Source: a virus. From it: a stretch of 56,024 nucleotides of DNA. The DNA lies in the IMG/VR virus record IMGVR_UViG_3300027904_000003, positions 1 to 56,024 of that record; one strand, written 5' to 3'. A program made the position numbers and the translations under genes. The notes under the pieces are model-generated. The model had not been told where the DNA came from, ran no database searches, and worked only from the letters and a program-made list of their open reading frames with translations. Of the stretch, positions 32,006 through 42,554 are shown piece by piece (the stretch's first letter is position 1; each line of letters starts with the position of its first letter).

Positions 32006-33447
32006 AGATTAAATGGTAAATTTCTCCAGCCCCAAATAGGCGATTGATTAGGATGTACTCCAGAGATGCCTGTAATAATTTCTCTACGTGCGGTTAAATT
32101 AATTCTTATACCTCTTTGTTCTATAGGGCCAGTATTTACAACGCTTATATGGTGTATCATACATGTATACCGCCGTACATCATTTAAGCTACCGCCTGTA
32201 GGACCTGAAAACCGTAGTTCAACGTTAGGTACTATTATAGCGTGTACTTTACTAGCATCAGTAATACGTCCCCAGTCTAAACTTTCTAGTGGTAAAGTAA
32301 ATCTATCCATTATAAACCCTTCTGGCATATCATATGATTGCATATGAAAAACATTTGTATGTGAAACAAGATTACGCGTAGCTACATCATTACTAAGCCA
32401 ATGGGTATAAGATGCGTAAATGCCGCCCCTATTCATATGCATCTCTACCACTGGTCTACCAGCATTGTCATACTCAGCCTCATATGTCAAGCCTGTAGTA
32501 GGGTTTAGTCTAATTCTATTAGATGCCCCTAATGACCCTACACTAAGCGGTCTTTCAGTTATAGGGTCAAATAAGCGAAATAAGTCTATGCTACGCCCTG
32601 CTATTTTTACAAATGTAGAATCATTAGGGTCCTGTCTTATTTGTATATTATTTGTATTCAAGACTCCTGTAGTTATATTATTTCCATTTATAGTAGACTT
32701 GCCTGTCTGTGCTAAATCATTAAAAGTTACATAGCCAGTAAGGGTTATACTATTAGCTACTAATGTTGCGAAGCCTGGTGTCAATGTAAAGTTTGTTGGA
32801 TTAGTACCATTAACTAGCCATGTAACCCTACCACTAAAATTAAAGGTATTTGTAGCTGTATCAAACCACATCATCCTAGTGCCATCAAACCAGGTTTCCC
32901 ATGTATCAGAATTTATAACGGTTCTTGAAGGACCCCGTATTCCATCATCATCTCTGGTTATTACTAAGCCGTCCTGTTCTGTAACTTTAACGCCATAATA
33001 GAATCTATCTGTTTGTAAAAAATTATTTAAAGAGCGTTTCAATGACAATGATTTGAGAACTATATCAGTACTACTATATACTGTAATTGTAATGGACCTA
33101 AAAGCATCTGTGTCTTTCTGCATTACATAGGCAGGTTGTTCAAAAGTAATAAATGAACTTAACTTTTCACCTACCCTTATGATAGGACTCATAGACGATA
33201 CTGTCTCAGTACCTTGCACATAGTCAACGTCTATGCGAACAAATGAAGTACTGTTATTCCAACAATTATAATCATCTGTAGTTGACTCTAACCAAAACTG
33301 ACGGCCAAGTAAATTAGAACGATTAATAGATGTAAGAGTAATAGTAGCAGAACCATTAGCTACTATATGAAATTCACCATTTACTATAACTGAACCAGGT
33401 GAAACTATCCAGCCACTAATGGGTAAAAAATTATCGCCAAATTCCAT
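31981..33447 (-). CDS. tail tip / receptor-binding candidate (488 aa)
   Basis: Third gene after the tape measure. Called from size and position only. Confidence 0.5.
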   Translation of the reverse strand: MEFGDNFLPISGWIVSPGSVIVNGEFHIVANGSATITLTSINRSNLLGRQFWLESTTDDYNCWNNSTSFVRIDVDYVQGTETVSSMSPIIRVGEKLSSFITFEQPAYVMQKDTDAFRSITITVYSSTDIVLKSLSLKRSLNNFLQTDRFYYGVKVTEQDGLVITRDDDGIRGPSRTVINSDTWETWFDGTRMMWFDTATNTFNFSGRVTWLVNGTNPTNFTLTPGFATLVANSITLTGYVTFNDLAQTGKSTINGNNITTGVLNTNNIQIRQDPNDSTFVKIAGRSIDLFRLFDPITERPLSVGSLGASNRIRLNPTTGLTYEAEYDNAGRPVVEMHMNRGGIYASYTHWLSNDVATRNLVSHTNVFHMQSYDMPEGFIMDRFTLPLESLDWGRITDASKVHAIIVPNVELRFSGPTGGSLNDVRRYTCMIHHISVVNTGPIEQRGIRINLTARREIITGISGVHPNQSPIWGWRNLPFNLWVRGELP

Positions 33448-34971
33448 TTACTCAGCCCCTTCTAAAATCTTTTCGTTTAGCAATGTTACTTCGTTGCGGT
33501 AGCCTCCTGTAAAAGGACTGTTGATACGTATCACAATTCCTGTAAAGTCAAATTCAAACATAGGACTTACTAGCCGAACTTTATCGCCTATCTCTATAAG
33601 TGGGTTGCCTCTAACTTCTACGGTAACAGTAGGAACCTCTTCAGCTACATATGCTTCAAGCATTTGTTTATATATTTCAGCGCGCGGCGTATCTTGTATG
33701 TATCTATTCGTAACTTGCAATAAGCGCTCTGTATTATCAGTTAATTCTGTAGTTACCAAATCAAGAACTGTACCAACTACTCTGACATTAACGTCTACTT
33801 CATTACTTGTGTTAGCCCATCTAAAAGATATTCGATGTGTCCCAGCAGAATGACTAAGGAGCTGCGCTGTACTAGGTAATCTCTGAACAAATACTGTTTC
33901 AACATATACTACAGGATTCTGGTTAAACTCAAACTGATTTGTTTCTGTTGTGCCTGGTTCTATAGTAATATTTCTTAAATCCAGTAAGCTTTGATAATGT
34001 GATAGTTGAGGTAAGCTGTATTGTAGCGCCGTTCCATCAAATGTTTTAATAATAGACTGCGGTAGTGAAATACTCATAATTTGGTCATCCTCAGTCCATG
34101 TAGTGCGTAGAGGCACTTTAGCGCTTAAACGCTTTACTACAATATCGCCTTTTCTATCACAGTAACATATTGCAAATATGCTTTGGCACATTTCAGATAT
34201 AAACTCTGACGGGCTTCCTTCAATAAATGACCATGCAAGCATCTCATCAAATGTACTGTGAAATATAACAGAGTAGCCCATATTAGAAAAAGATTGACGC
34301 AGCGCTTCTTGTGTAGTAACATCAAATCTCGCATTAAAATCAGGTGTTGGCGCATTAAGTACTTTATAAAGTTTATCGTTAGCTTTAACATTTACTACAG
34401 ATTCTGTTAAGGCAGTAGTCCAGTCAGTTACATAAAATTCACCCTGTTGTATCCATTCTACTTCGCTCTTAAATGGATAATAGTATAAGCTACCATTTTC
34501 TATAATAAAAGGACTTGAAGCAAATTTCTCGGATTCAAAAAATAGTTTACCATTTTCTACAATAGTTCTAAACGGTATCTCCGCGGGAGCGCCTTCGAAA
34601 AATTCAAAGTATAATTTCCCATCTTCTATAAGAGGACTAAAAGTTATAAGGTCCCACTCTTCTAACCCTATTGTAGGGCGCATCCAAGGTATTATCTTCA
34701 TTCCTATTCTTATTTTACCGAAGTATGGACTTCTCTCATTTGAAGGCGAAAATATCTTATCTGTATTAAATAGAGTTATAGTAAATTCATTAGAAGATAC
34801 CATACCTAAAGGATTCTCAGATTCTACAAAGCCTTCTTCAAAGATAGTTCCTGAAATTAAGTAGTTATCTGGAGTAACAGCTAGAGGCTCTTTGTCAAAA
34901 TAAATGTCATAGCGTACTTCTAATTGTCTGGTCGCTGCATTGAAATCAGCATCAGTAGCCCTGCGTATCAT
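33448..34971 (-). CDS. baseplate / tail-associated protein (507 aa)
   Basis: Second gene after the tape measure. Called from position only. Confidence 0.5.
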   Translation of the reverse strand: MIRRATDADFNAATRQLEVRYDIYFDKEPLAVTPDNYLISGTIFEEGFVESENPLGMVSSNEFTITLFNTDKIFSPSNERSPYFGKIRIGMKIIPWMRPTIGLEEWDLITFSPLIEDGKLYFEFFEGAPAEIPFRTIVENGKLFFESEKFASSPFIIENGSLYYYPFKSEVEWIQQGEFYVTDWTTALTESVVNVKANDKLYKVLNAPTPDFNARFDVTTQEALRQSFSNMGYSVIFHSTFDEMLAWSFIEGSPSEFISEMCQSIFAICYCDRKGDIVVKRLSAKVPLRTTWTEDDQIMSISLPQSIIKTFDGTALQYSLPQLSHYQSLLDLRNITIEPGTTETNQFEFNQNPVVYVETVFVQRLPSTAQLLSHSAGTHRISFRWANTSNEVDVNVRVVGTVLDLVTTELTDNTERLLQVTNRYIQDTPRAEIYKQMLEAYVAEEVPTVTVEVRGNPLIEIGDKVRLVSPMFEFDFTGIVIRINSPFTGGYRNEVTLLNEKILEGAE

Positions 34972-35014
34972 AGCTATCTCCCCTTACTTTTATTATATGA
35001 TAATTAGTATCTTT

Positions 35015-35371
35015 TTATTGCTCTATTAAATTAAATTGAACGTGCTTCCAGACCCAGTTATCTGCGGCACCAGCTCTGTGCAATTCAGAAGGGATAGAAC
35101 CGCTGTATACTTCAATAATTTTGCTTGCCCCATTTTCTACATATTGTAATGGATAAAAAATATTTGGCGTATTCCAGGTTGCTTCTAAAATAGTGTTAAG
35201 TTCCTGGGCGCTGATAGCCTCATATGTAAAAAAGAATTTAAGCTTCTTAGCTATTAATGTTCCCATCATTTTAGCGCTACAAAGCCTCTCCATATCTGTT
35301 ACATTAAAACGGTCTATCTTAAAAGTTGTTGGATTCTTTATTGCTATTCCATTAACTATAAACTGTGACAT
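35015..35371 (-). CDS. short distal-tail-like protein (118 aa)
   Basis: Start abuts the tape-measure stop. Called from position only. Confidence 0.45.
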   Translation of the reverse strand: MSQFIVNGIAIKNPTTFKIDRFNVTDMERLCSAKMMGTLIAKKLKFFFTYEAISAQELNTILEATWNTPNIFYPLQYVENGASKIIEVYSGSIPSELHRAGAADNWVWKHVQFNLIEQ

Positions 35372-38300
35372 TATCGCCCCCTCCTTCCATTCTCTTGTAA
35401 TTGAATAATATTCATTTTTCTATTCAGTTCTCTTAAACTGTGCTCATCTGCTATTAAGGTGCCAACGTATATAGGCTGCAATGGTTGCGTTCCTGTCATA
35501 CTTGCTACTAGCGGCGCTAGTGTTTGCGTTAAACCATCTGCTACAGCATCTACAAATGGTTGCATGTATCTTGCATTTTCTAACGGTATAATAGCTTCAG
35601 CTTTGTTACCCTCAGCAAACCGTGCCACGTGTTCTCTATTGAAAACACCACCAGCGGCATGTCCTGCTCTAGGCTGTGTTACAGTTACTGCGCCACTGCC
35701 GCTAACATTTACGCTTGCTGTTTTGCCGCTCCATAGCGTACTCCACCATGTATTAATAGTAGTGCCTATAGAACGTATCCATGTACCTATATTAGTACCT
35801 AAGTCTGCAAACCAAGTTTTTAAATGCGTAAATGACTCTGATGTCCAGTCTGTTATTGTCTTGGTAACATCGGTTTTCCAATTAGTAAATGACGTCTTAG
35901 TATCGCTTACCCAGGTAGTAACACTAGTCTTTGTATCAGTTACCCAAGTACTTATGTCAGTTTTAGCGTCTGTAGCCCAAGTACTTATATTAATTTTAGC
36001 ATCTGTAGCCCAATTACGTATCTCAGAACCCCTATTGGTTGCCCAGAGACTTATACTTGTGCCAGTTGTAGTTGCCCATGTAGTTATCTTTTCTTTTGAG
36101 TCTGAATACCAGCTACCGATATTTGTTCTTGCGTCAGATGCCCAAGTACTTATATTAGTTCCGGCATTTGTCGCCCAGGTACTTATTTCTGTGCCGCGCT
36201 CTGAAACCCAGTTCTTAATACTAGTACCGGTTTCTGACGCCCAGTTAAGCGTATTAGTTCTAGCGTTTGTAGCCCAGGTACTTATATTAGTTCCAGCATT
36301 AGCCGCCCAAGTACGTATATCATTACCTCTAGTAGTTACCCAGGTTGAAATACTTGAGCCTGTATTAGTAGCCCAAGTTGAAATACTTGACCGAGTATTA
36401 GTAGCCCAAGTACTGATATTAGCTCTGGTTGTAGTCGACCAATTGCTAATATTAGTTCTGGTATTAGATACCCAAGTACCTATAGCTTCGCGTTTATCTG
36501 CGACCCACTCTTTAATTTCAGTTCCTGTATCCCGACCCCATTCTACAATAACTTCTAAAGTATCTTTACTCCATTCTACAAACTTGTCCTTTATCTTTCC
36601 AACCCATTCGTCTATATTTGGTAGCTTAGCTTTTATACCTTCTATGATACCGCTCATAATATCTTCGCCAATGGGCTTCATTTCTTTAGAGGGCGACTCT
36701 ATTCCAAATGCCCACTTAAAAGCATTGACAATACCATCTTTAATATCTTTAATCCAACTTAGTTTATCTTTTACTTTATTCTTAATGCCCTCTATAATTC
36801 CTGCAAAGATATTTTCGCCTATAGGCATCATTACTTTAGATGGCGAAGAAATTTCAAACTCATCCTCAACGCCTTTTATAAAAGGACTAACTATAAGCTC
36901 ATATATGCCAACTATTAATGACCATACTCCAGCAACAATACCTGCTATAATCCCTGTTACAATACCCATACCTATTCTAAACCAACCGTCGCCTTTATGC
37001 GGTACAAAGAACCCGCCTACAAATTCCCAAAGCGGTCCTAAGCGTTCAGAAACACGCGTCCACCAATCTGCAAACATTTGTCTTAAACGGCTTGCCGTCC
37101 AGCTATCTAAGAGGCCCTGTATACCATCAGTAACTGCTTGATCTAAGCGCGCCATTTGTTTGTGCACCCAGTTTCCCCACGCTTGTCCTACAGAGTCATT
37201 TTCTTCGTCTCCAAATATCCATTCTAATCCTAATAAAGTAATGATACCGCCTAATGTAAAGCCAATAATAGCACCGTATGGACCGCCTAATGTCCAACCT
37301 AGTTTAGCTGCTAGTATTGCGGGCCCTAGCGCTCCAAGAAGTTTATCCTTTATATCTAACTCTTCACCTCTGCCATCTTTACCAAACATAGAAGCAAAAC
37401 TTGCAATTGTTAAAAACCCAGCAGCTGCTATATGGACTGTGCCTAGCATAGCGCCAACGCCGCCCTTTAAAAATCCAAAACCAGCACCAGTAATGCCCGC
37501 CCATAACATGCCTTCAAATATGTCGCGCCAATTTATACCTTTTTCAAAAATACTCTCTATGCTCCAAGTCACCTTTAAAACGCCAGTTAATATACCTATA
37601 GCAGCTAAAGCGTTAGGCAGCGCTACAGCAATAGAGCCTTTAAGAAGACTTCCTAAAACTACTGAAGTTATTGTTAGCGGAATCCATTTCTTTATAGCAT
37701 CCCATATAGATGTAGCAAACTCTCTACCTACTTCATCCATATCAGGAATCTCAGGCGTAGGAATAGCTGCGCCTGATGGGAACCAGTCCTCAGGGTCAAA
37801 TCCCTCAAACCCAGCGCCACCGCCTCCAGCTGAAGGCTCATTGAGTTTAAATACTTCGTCAAATGTTAATAAGGACTTTGCCGCGGCTCGCGTAGCTTTA
37901 CCTGTAGACTCTGCTAAATCATCCATAGCGCCCGCTGTATCGCCAAGTCTTTGATTAAATAAATCAAGGTCTGCCGCTCTTTTCTTTTGCGACGGTAAAA
38001 ATAACTTATCAGGGTCTGTGCCACCAATCTTAGTCATTTGCTTAAATATATTTGAAACTGCGGCTCCTACCTTGTTAAATCCACCCGCTAACGCGGCTAT
38101 AGCTGCCGCAAGACCAAGCACTATTTTCATAGGCAATGTTAATGCTACAAGCGCAACTTTCAGTGCTACCAATGCTTTTATTAAAGAATGTATAGCTATA
38201 GCTGCTTTAACAAAGACATACACTGCTGCTACTTTAGTTAAGTAAGCTAGCCAAGCAGCGCCAGCTGCAATAACTACAATTGTTAATGCTTGCATAACGT

Positions 38301-39423
38301 ATTTATTTTTTGTAATAGCTTCTAATAAGCCCGTCAAAACTTGTATAACTATTAGAATAACTGGTGCAAACATATTAAATAATTGCATGATAGCATAAAG
38401 TAGATATTTAGTCACTCTACCGACAGAGCCAAATACAGACTTAAATGTTTCCCAAAAATTTAGTAAGTTAGCGGCAAATGTTTTTACTTTACCTTGTAGA
38501 TGTTCTGGTACTAACTTTTCAAACATACCGCCTATGCCTTTTTCATCTAATACATGCCTAAGGCTTGTTAAGAAATCCGCTGTAGTGCGCAAAAAGCCTT
38601 TATATTTAATTGTAGCAGGAGTAAACAATGCAGAGAATATCATAGTAGCACTATCTCGTATTTTAGCTTCTAGTCCTTCTATAGTGTTCTCCATCTCAAA
38701 TAACAAATCGCCAAAGCGCTCATTAATGCCATCTACTATGGCGTTAATAGCCTTGCCAGCTGGGATAAATTCATTTGCAATATTTTTAAGTTGGTCCTGT
38801 GTCACGCCTAATTTTTCTTCAAGAATTTCAAAAACAGGAATACCCGCTTCTGCTAATCTGCGGAGCTCTCTACCAGTTATTCTTCCTTTTGCATTTATCT
38901 GCCCCAAAGCGGCGCTAATTTGTTGTATCTTCGATGCATCACCCATTGCAACAGCAGCATTCATAACTCCTGTCATTATGAACATTAAGTTCTTATATTC
39001 AAAACCATAAGCAAGCAATTGCTTCGCTGCTTTATCCATATCTTTAAACTCAAACGGTATGTCAGCTGAAAAATCTTTTAAAACATTTATGAAATTTTCT
39101 ACAAGACTAGTGTCACCAAAGAATTGTTTGTATGCGATATGAGACTTTTCTAACTGCTTAGTAAAATCAAATACAGCACCAGTTGCTCGTGTGATATTTT
39201 GAAACGCTGTATAAAATACTTTAGATACTAATATGCCCTGGACTATGCGCCGCGGGTCTTTAAAAGCTCCTGCAGGTCTTTTTTTCGCTACTACATCGCC
39301 TGCTAGTACGCCGCTATACTCTTCTCCAAATTGTTTTAATCGCGCAGAGGCTTTATCTAATCCCTTAGAAAAGTCTGATATGTCCGCTTTTATTGCTACT
39401 GATAAATCCGAAAACATTCCCAT
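35371..39423 (-). CDS. tape measure protein (1350 aa)
   Basis: Size, position after the G/G-T chaperones, central TM-rich region, and 24 Trp residues at an exact 11-residue period near the C-terminus. Confidence 0.9.
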   Translation of the reverse strand: MGMFSDLSVAIKADISDFSKGLDKASARLKQFGEEYSGVLAGDVVAKKRPAGAFKDPRRIVQGILVSKVFYTAFQNITRATGAVFDFTKQLEKSHIAYKQFFGDTSLVENFINVLKDFSADIPFEFKDMDKAAKQLLAYGFEYKNLMFIMTGVMNAAVAMGDASKIQQISAALGQINAKGRITGRELRRLAEAGIPVFEILEEKLGVTQDQLKNIANEFIPAGKAINAIVDGINERFGDLLFEMENTIEGLEAKIRDSATMIFSALFTPATIKYKGFLRTTADFLTSLRHVLDEKGIGGMFEKLVPEHLQGKVKTFAANLLNFWETFKSVFGSVGRVTKYLLYAIMQLFNMFAPVILIVIQVLTGLLEAITKNKYVMQALTIVVIAAGAAWLAYLTKVAAVYVFVKAAIAIHSLIKALVALKVALVALTLPMKIVLGLAAAIAALAGGFNKVGAAVSNIFKQMTKIGGTDPDKLFLPSQKKRAADLDLFNQRLGDTAGAMDDLAESTGKATRAAAKSLLTFDEVFKLNEPSAGGGGAGFEGFDPEDWFPSGAAIPTPEIPDMDEVGREFATSIWDAIKKWIPLTITSVVLGSLLKGSIAVALPNALAAIGILTGVLKVTWSIESIFEKGINWRDIFEGMLWAGITGAGFGFLKGGVGAMLGTVHIAAAGFLTIASFASMFGKDGRGEELDIKDKLLGALGPAILAAKLGWTLGGPYGAIIGFTLGGIITLLGLEWIFGDEENDSVGQAWGNWVHKQMARLDQAVTDGIQGLLDSWTASRLRQMFADWWTRVSERLGPLWEFVGGFFVPHKGDGWFRIGMGIVTGIIAGIVAGVWSLIVGIYELIVSPFIKGVEDEFEISSPSKVMMPIGENIFAGIIEGIKNKVKDKLSWIKDIKDGIVNAFKWAFGIESPSKEMKPIGEDIMSGIIEGIKAKLPNIDEWVGKIKDKFVEWSKDTLEVIVEWGRDTGTEIKEWVADKREAIGTWVSNTRTNISNWSTTTRANISTWATNTRSSISTWATNTGSSISTWVTTRGNDIRTWAANAGTNISTWATNARTNTLNWASETGTSIKNWVSERGTEISTWATNAGTNISTWASDARTNIGSWYSDSKEKITTWATTTGTSISLWATNRGSEIRNWATDAKINISTWATDAKTDISTWVTDTKTSVTTWVSDTKTSFTNWKTDVTKTITDWTSESFTHLKTWFADLGTNIGTWIRSIGTTINTWWSTLWSGKTASVNVSGSGAVTVTQPRAGHAAGGVFNREHVARFAEGNKAEAIIPLENARYMQPFVDAVADGLTQTLAPLVASMTGTQPLQPIYVGTLIADEHSLRELNRKMNIIQLQENGRRGR

Positions 39424-39525
39424 AGAAAAGCCTCCTTAACTTGTAATTTGTCCCTTAAAGTACGTATAAATATTTTTAATAATAATATACTACTTTTAAA
39501 TTACGAACATGTTTCGAGTAATTAT

Positions 39526-40169
39526 TTACCACCCTTTTATCTGGTCTATCATAGCTGTAGTAGGATTATTCATTTTAGTACTCTTACCACCATACATCTT
39601 TCTAGTAACGTCCTCATGTACGTCTAATTGTGCTTTATATTTACGCGGTGTCATAGACCAAATTTCTTTTTCTGTATACCCTAACCATACACGCCCAGTA
39701 TATAAAATGTAAGACCAATCCCAGTTGTCCTCTACAAATGGTCCTGGCCTTTCATTACTGGGCTCTATGCGTTTGGGTCGTTTTCAATAATCTCTACTAA
39801 TTCAGCTTTCTGTTTTGCTACTTCTGCGGCCTTTGCTTCTATAAATGCTGGGTCCGCACTATTCTGTGGCATATCATTAGTAAAAGCTTCTCCTAGCTTT
39901 TCCATCAAAGTTTGCATGTATTGTACATCTATAAGACTACCGACTTGCCGCTCTGTAATTTCAGGGTCGTCTTCTACGAAGGCTGCCCAAAGAACGCATC
40001 TCAAGGCTTTCATACTGCCTTTGTCTAACTCAGCAAAAGCTTTTTCTATAGAGCCATAGCGTTCTTCCAGTTCGGCCATAGCATTGAGCGTAAGTTTAAC
40101 TGTCCGCTCAACGCCGTCTAATAAAGTAATCTTAACAGCTTTAGATTTTACATCTTTTAAATTAGCCAT
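39526..40169 (-). CDS. tail assembly chaperone G-T fusion made by -1 programmed frameshift
   Basis: The -1 frame stays open for 81 codons past the slippery site and ends at 39526. The extension contains the WSMTPRKY motif typical of T domains. Confidence 0.75.
39765..40169 (-). CDS. tail assembly chaperone (G-like, 134 aa)
   Basis: Lies between the major tail protein and tape measure. LTLNAMAELEERYG pattern. Confidence 0.8.
   Translation of the reverse strand: MANLKDVKSKAVKITLLDGVERTVKLTLNAMAELEERYGSIEKAFAELDKGSMKALRCVLWAAFVEDDPEITERQVGSLIDVQYMQTLMEKLGEAFTNDMPQNSADPAFIEAKAAEVAKQKAELVEIIENDPNA
39771..39777 (-). promoter_or_regulatory. -1 frameshift slippery heptamer C CCA AAC
   Basis: Minus-strand CCCAAAC in X XXY YYZ phase, 2 codons before the G stop codon. 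Confidence 0.7.
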
Positions 40170-40194
40170 TAAGTTTTTCCTCCTTATACGAATT

Positions 40195-40821
40195 TTATGG
40201 GGATGTTGGTAACGTTGTATTCGGCATTTTAACTGCCGTAAACCATGTAGTAGCTAAGTTAGCTGGCGCGCCTGGCGTATCTTCATCTATCTCATATTTC
40301 CATGGGCGCTTCTTTCGAGCATTCGCCCCAGCGCCAATTGTAAACGCGTAAACGAGTTTAACAAATTGTCCTGAAATAGTATCTGTTTGGAAATTGATAC
40401 CGTCGCCCTTAGTTTCATTACTTTCCTCAGGTGAAACAAAGCGACCTTTGTAGAGCCAAACATACCGATACTTACCATTTGACTTTAAGGACCTAAACCC
40501 TATAGCTACATATGGCGGTACATCGTCTGCTGAAAATGTGATACCACCTTGCGAATCAACGGTATGCCCAAGCAGCGTTGCTTTGTCTTGTGCTGTCAAA
40601 TATGCTTGATTAATCTCAACATCTACGGCACCCATTGTAACAGCCGCTTCATACGGGCCATCATCAGCAAACAGCGTTTCTTGCGATGCATTAGGGTTTA
40701 CATTAATAGAAATAACACCAGGCACTCTTACAGGCGTTGCATATATAGGCGCCGCTGCTACTGTGTCCTCTGTTGTCATCAATGCATACACTAAGTTATC
40801 GCAACCAATTCTTACTGACAT
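40195..40821 (-). CDS. major tail protein (208 aa; start moved to MSVRIG)
   Basis: AAAGGAGGTAATAACT then ATG at 40821. The tracked N-terminal extension overlaps the upstream gene and has no RBS. Confidence 0.8.
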   Translation of the reverse strand: MSVRIGCDNLVYALMTTEDTVAAAPIYATPVRVPGVISINVNPNASQETLFADDGPYEAAVTMGAVDVEINQAYLTAQDKATLLGHTVDSQGGITFSADDVPPYVAIGFRSLKSNGKYRYVWLYKGRFVSPEESNETKGDGINFQTDTISGQFVKLVYAFTIGAGANARKKRPWKYEIDEDTPGAPANLATTWFTAVKMPNTTLPTSP

Positions 40822-40837
40822 AGTTATTACCTCCTTT

Positions 40838-41233
40838 TCAATCAATTGTTGTAGTGACTCCGATATTAAAAAAGTATACCGTACGTCCTGAATCATCTCT
40901 TCTAAGCAAGCCAGGAGATTGTCTAAGATATACTTGGCCCCAGCGCTGCTCAGTAAAGTGTATTTGTCTTGTTTCCTCTTCAGAAAACAAAACCTTATAT
41001 AATTCTTGTGCCTTTTCTCTTGCTTTATTAGCATCAGTAGAACGAACAAAAACTTGAACAGACCTATTAACAAGATGAGTAAAAGGTACCTGAGGGTCCC
41101 CAGCATACTCTACTAATACAACAGTATCATTTGGCTCCTCAGGAGAAAAATCCCGAAACGCATCGATGCCGTCCCCATCTATTAATTCTTTGCTTTGAAA
41201 GTATAGTAGTATATCTAATAATAATGGATTCAT
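40838..41233 (-). CDS. tail terminator / tail completion protein (131 aa)
   Basis: Position, and the pattern ...VVLVEYAGD...VQVFVRS... Confidence 0.5.
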   Translation of the reverse strand: MNPLLLDILLYFQSKELIDGDGIDAFRDFSPEEPNDTVVLVEYAGDPQVPFTHLVNRSVQVFVRSTDANKAREKAQELYKVLFSEEETRQIHFTEQRWGQVYLRQSPGLLRRDDSGRTVYFFNIGVTTTID

Positions 41234-41859
41234 CGTCTCTCAGCCCTTCTAATACGCCAAACTTCTGCGACTTCCTGTCGCCAAGTCATTTCACCATATG
41301 CTTTACGTCTACTTGCGGCGCTTCTAAGACGTTGTTCATTAGTAAAACTGCTAGGCGCCCATCCGCCATGCGCTAACATACGGTATATTTCCTGCTCTAA
41401 TGGGCCTTTATATTGTAGTACCTTACCAACTGAGCCATATAATAAAGCTTGTTTTGTTTGATAAATAAATGCACTCTCAAATTGTAATGCATATTCTCTA
41501 ATAGGGTCTTCAAGGTATTTAGCTTTACCTTCTTTATAATTAGCAGTGGTATCTTCATGAACCTTAACCATATACATAGAAGGTAAAAGACCCGTTATAG
41601 GGTTAACTGCTGTATCATTGCCATACCCTATTCTAGCCCAATAGCCAATCTTTGCTTTTTTCTTTACTACCTCATAAAAACCACTAGCAGCCAACGTCAT
41701 TGTACCCTTAGGAACTTGTATTTGACTTTCTTCCATAATTTCTTTACATGCAATATTAACAGATGCTTTAGAACCAGTAAATACATTTTCAATAATAGCT
41801 TGTACTCTATGCTCAAAAATATTAATATCTTTTCGACGAACATCTATTTTTACTTTCAT
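41230..41859 (-). CDS. HK97 gp10-like head-tail joining protein (209 aa)
   Basis: Position in the connector block, and the pattern IQVPKGTMTLAASG. Confidence 0.45.
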   Translation of the reverse strand: MKVKIDVRRKDINIFEHRVQAIIENVFTGSKASVNIACKEIMEESQIQVPKGTMTLAASGFYEVVKKKAKIGYWARIGYGNDTAVNPITGLLPSMYMVKVHEDTTANYKEGKAKYLEDPIREYALQFESAFIYQTKQALLYGSVGKVLQYKGPLEQEIYRMLAHGGWAPSSFTNEQRLRSAASRRKAYGEMTWRQEVAEVWRIRRAERR

Positions 41860-42176
41860 AGATACACAACCTTTATATCCTGAACACCGTCTCTGTAGTA
41901 AGCTGTAACAGCTCTTACAACCCGCTCATTTTCTTCAAAGATAATAGCATCTTGTTCCTTAACTACTGTACTACCTTCAACATAGAGCTGAACACCTGAC
42001 TTTATTTCTATGCCAACGTTATTTGCTATAGAGACTGCGTCAGCTTTAGGATATGCTTTAGTTTCAATCCATTCATCTTTATAAATAGGCGATCCAACAC
42101 CATCTCGTCTTATAAAAGGCTTAATAGTAATAGGTACATTTATCCATGGTCTCAGGCTATTGAACATAGTCAACAC
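41856..42176 (-). CDS. head closure protein (106 aa)
   Basis: Called from position and size. Confidence 0.4.
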   Translation of the reverse strand: MLTMFNSLRPWINVPITIKPFIRRDGVGSPIYKDEWIETKAYPKADAVSIANNVGIEIKSGVQLYVEGSTVVKEQDAIIFEENERVVRAVTAYYRDGVQDIKVVYL

Positions 42177-42552
42177 CTCTTAATGCAGGCCATGGTGTAT
42201 TGTTTTGCATACCTTTTCTAAAGATTTTAGGATAAGCTTGTTCAGCCATTGTAATTCCCGCAGACTTTAATGCAGCTTTATAAATTTCTGCTTGTTCCTT
42301 AAAGTATCTTAGTCGTTCAGTAGGGTCTTCTGATTGAGGGCCTAAGCTTCGTTTAATATCTCGCGCAAATATAGTAGCTGCATGAGAAAATAGCATTTGC
42401 CTAAGTCTATTTTCATTAGACCCATACTGGTCTATTAAAAATTGAATCTCTTCATCTTGCATTATAGGCGCTGATTCATCTGTGTCACCAATCAAGAACC
42501 TATAACGGTCTATCTCACTATCATTAGGATTTCCTGAATATGACCACGACAT
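42157..42552 (-). CDS. head-tail connector (gp6-like, 131 aa)
   Basis: YRFLIGDTDESAPIMQDEEIQFLI pattern, plus position. Confidence 0.45.
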   Translation of the reverse strand: MSWSYSGNPNDSEIDRYRFLIGDTDESAPIMQDEEIQFLIDQYGSNENRLRQMLFSHAATIFARDIKRSLGPQSEDPTERLRYFKEQAEIYKAALKSAGITMAEQAYPKIFRKGMQNNTPWPALRGVDYVQ

Positions 42553-42554
42553 AT

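Noticed and set aside
35459-37141. 560-aa plus-strand ORF, along with 37160..37954 and other long plus-strand ORFs.
   Set aside because: It is antisense to the tape-measure gene. Its repetitive LILVPA.VAQV translation is only the reverse reading of the 33-nt tape-measure repeats. There is no RBS, and the minus-strand gene is far better supported.
39509-39712. 67-aa plus-strand ORF between the chaperone and tape-measure genes.
   Set aside because: The region is explained by the -1 frameshift extension (T domain) on the minus strand.
40822-41106. N-terminal 95-aa extension of the tracked ORF 40195..41106.
   Set aside because: It overlaps the upstream tail-terminator gene and has a low-complexity L/I/K-rich translation with no RBS. 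A strong RBS precedes the internal ATG at 40821.
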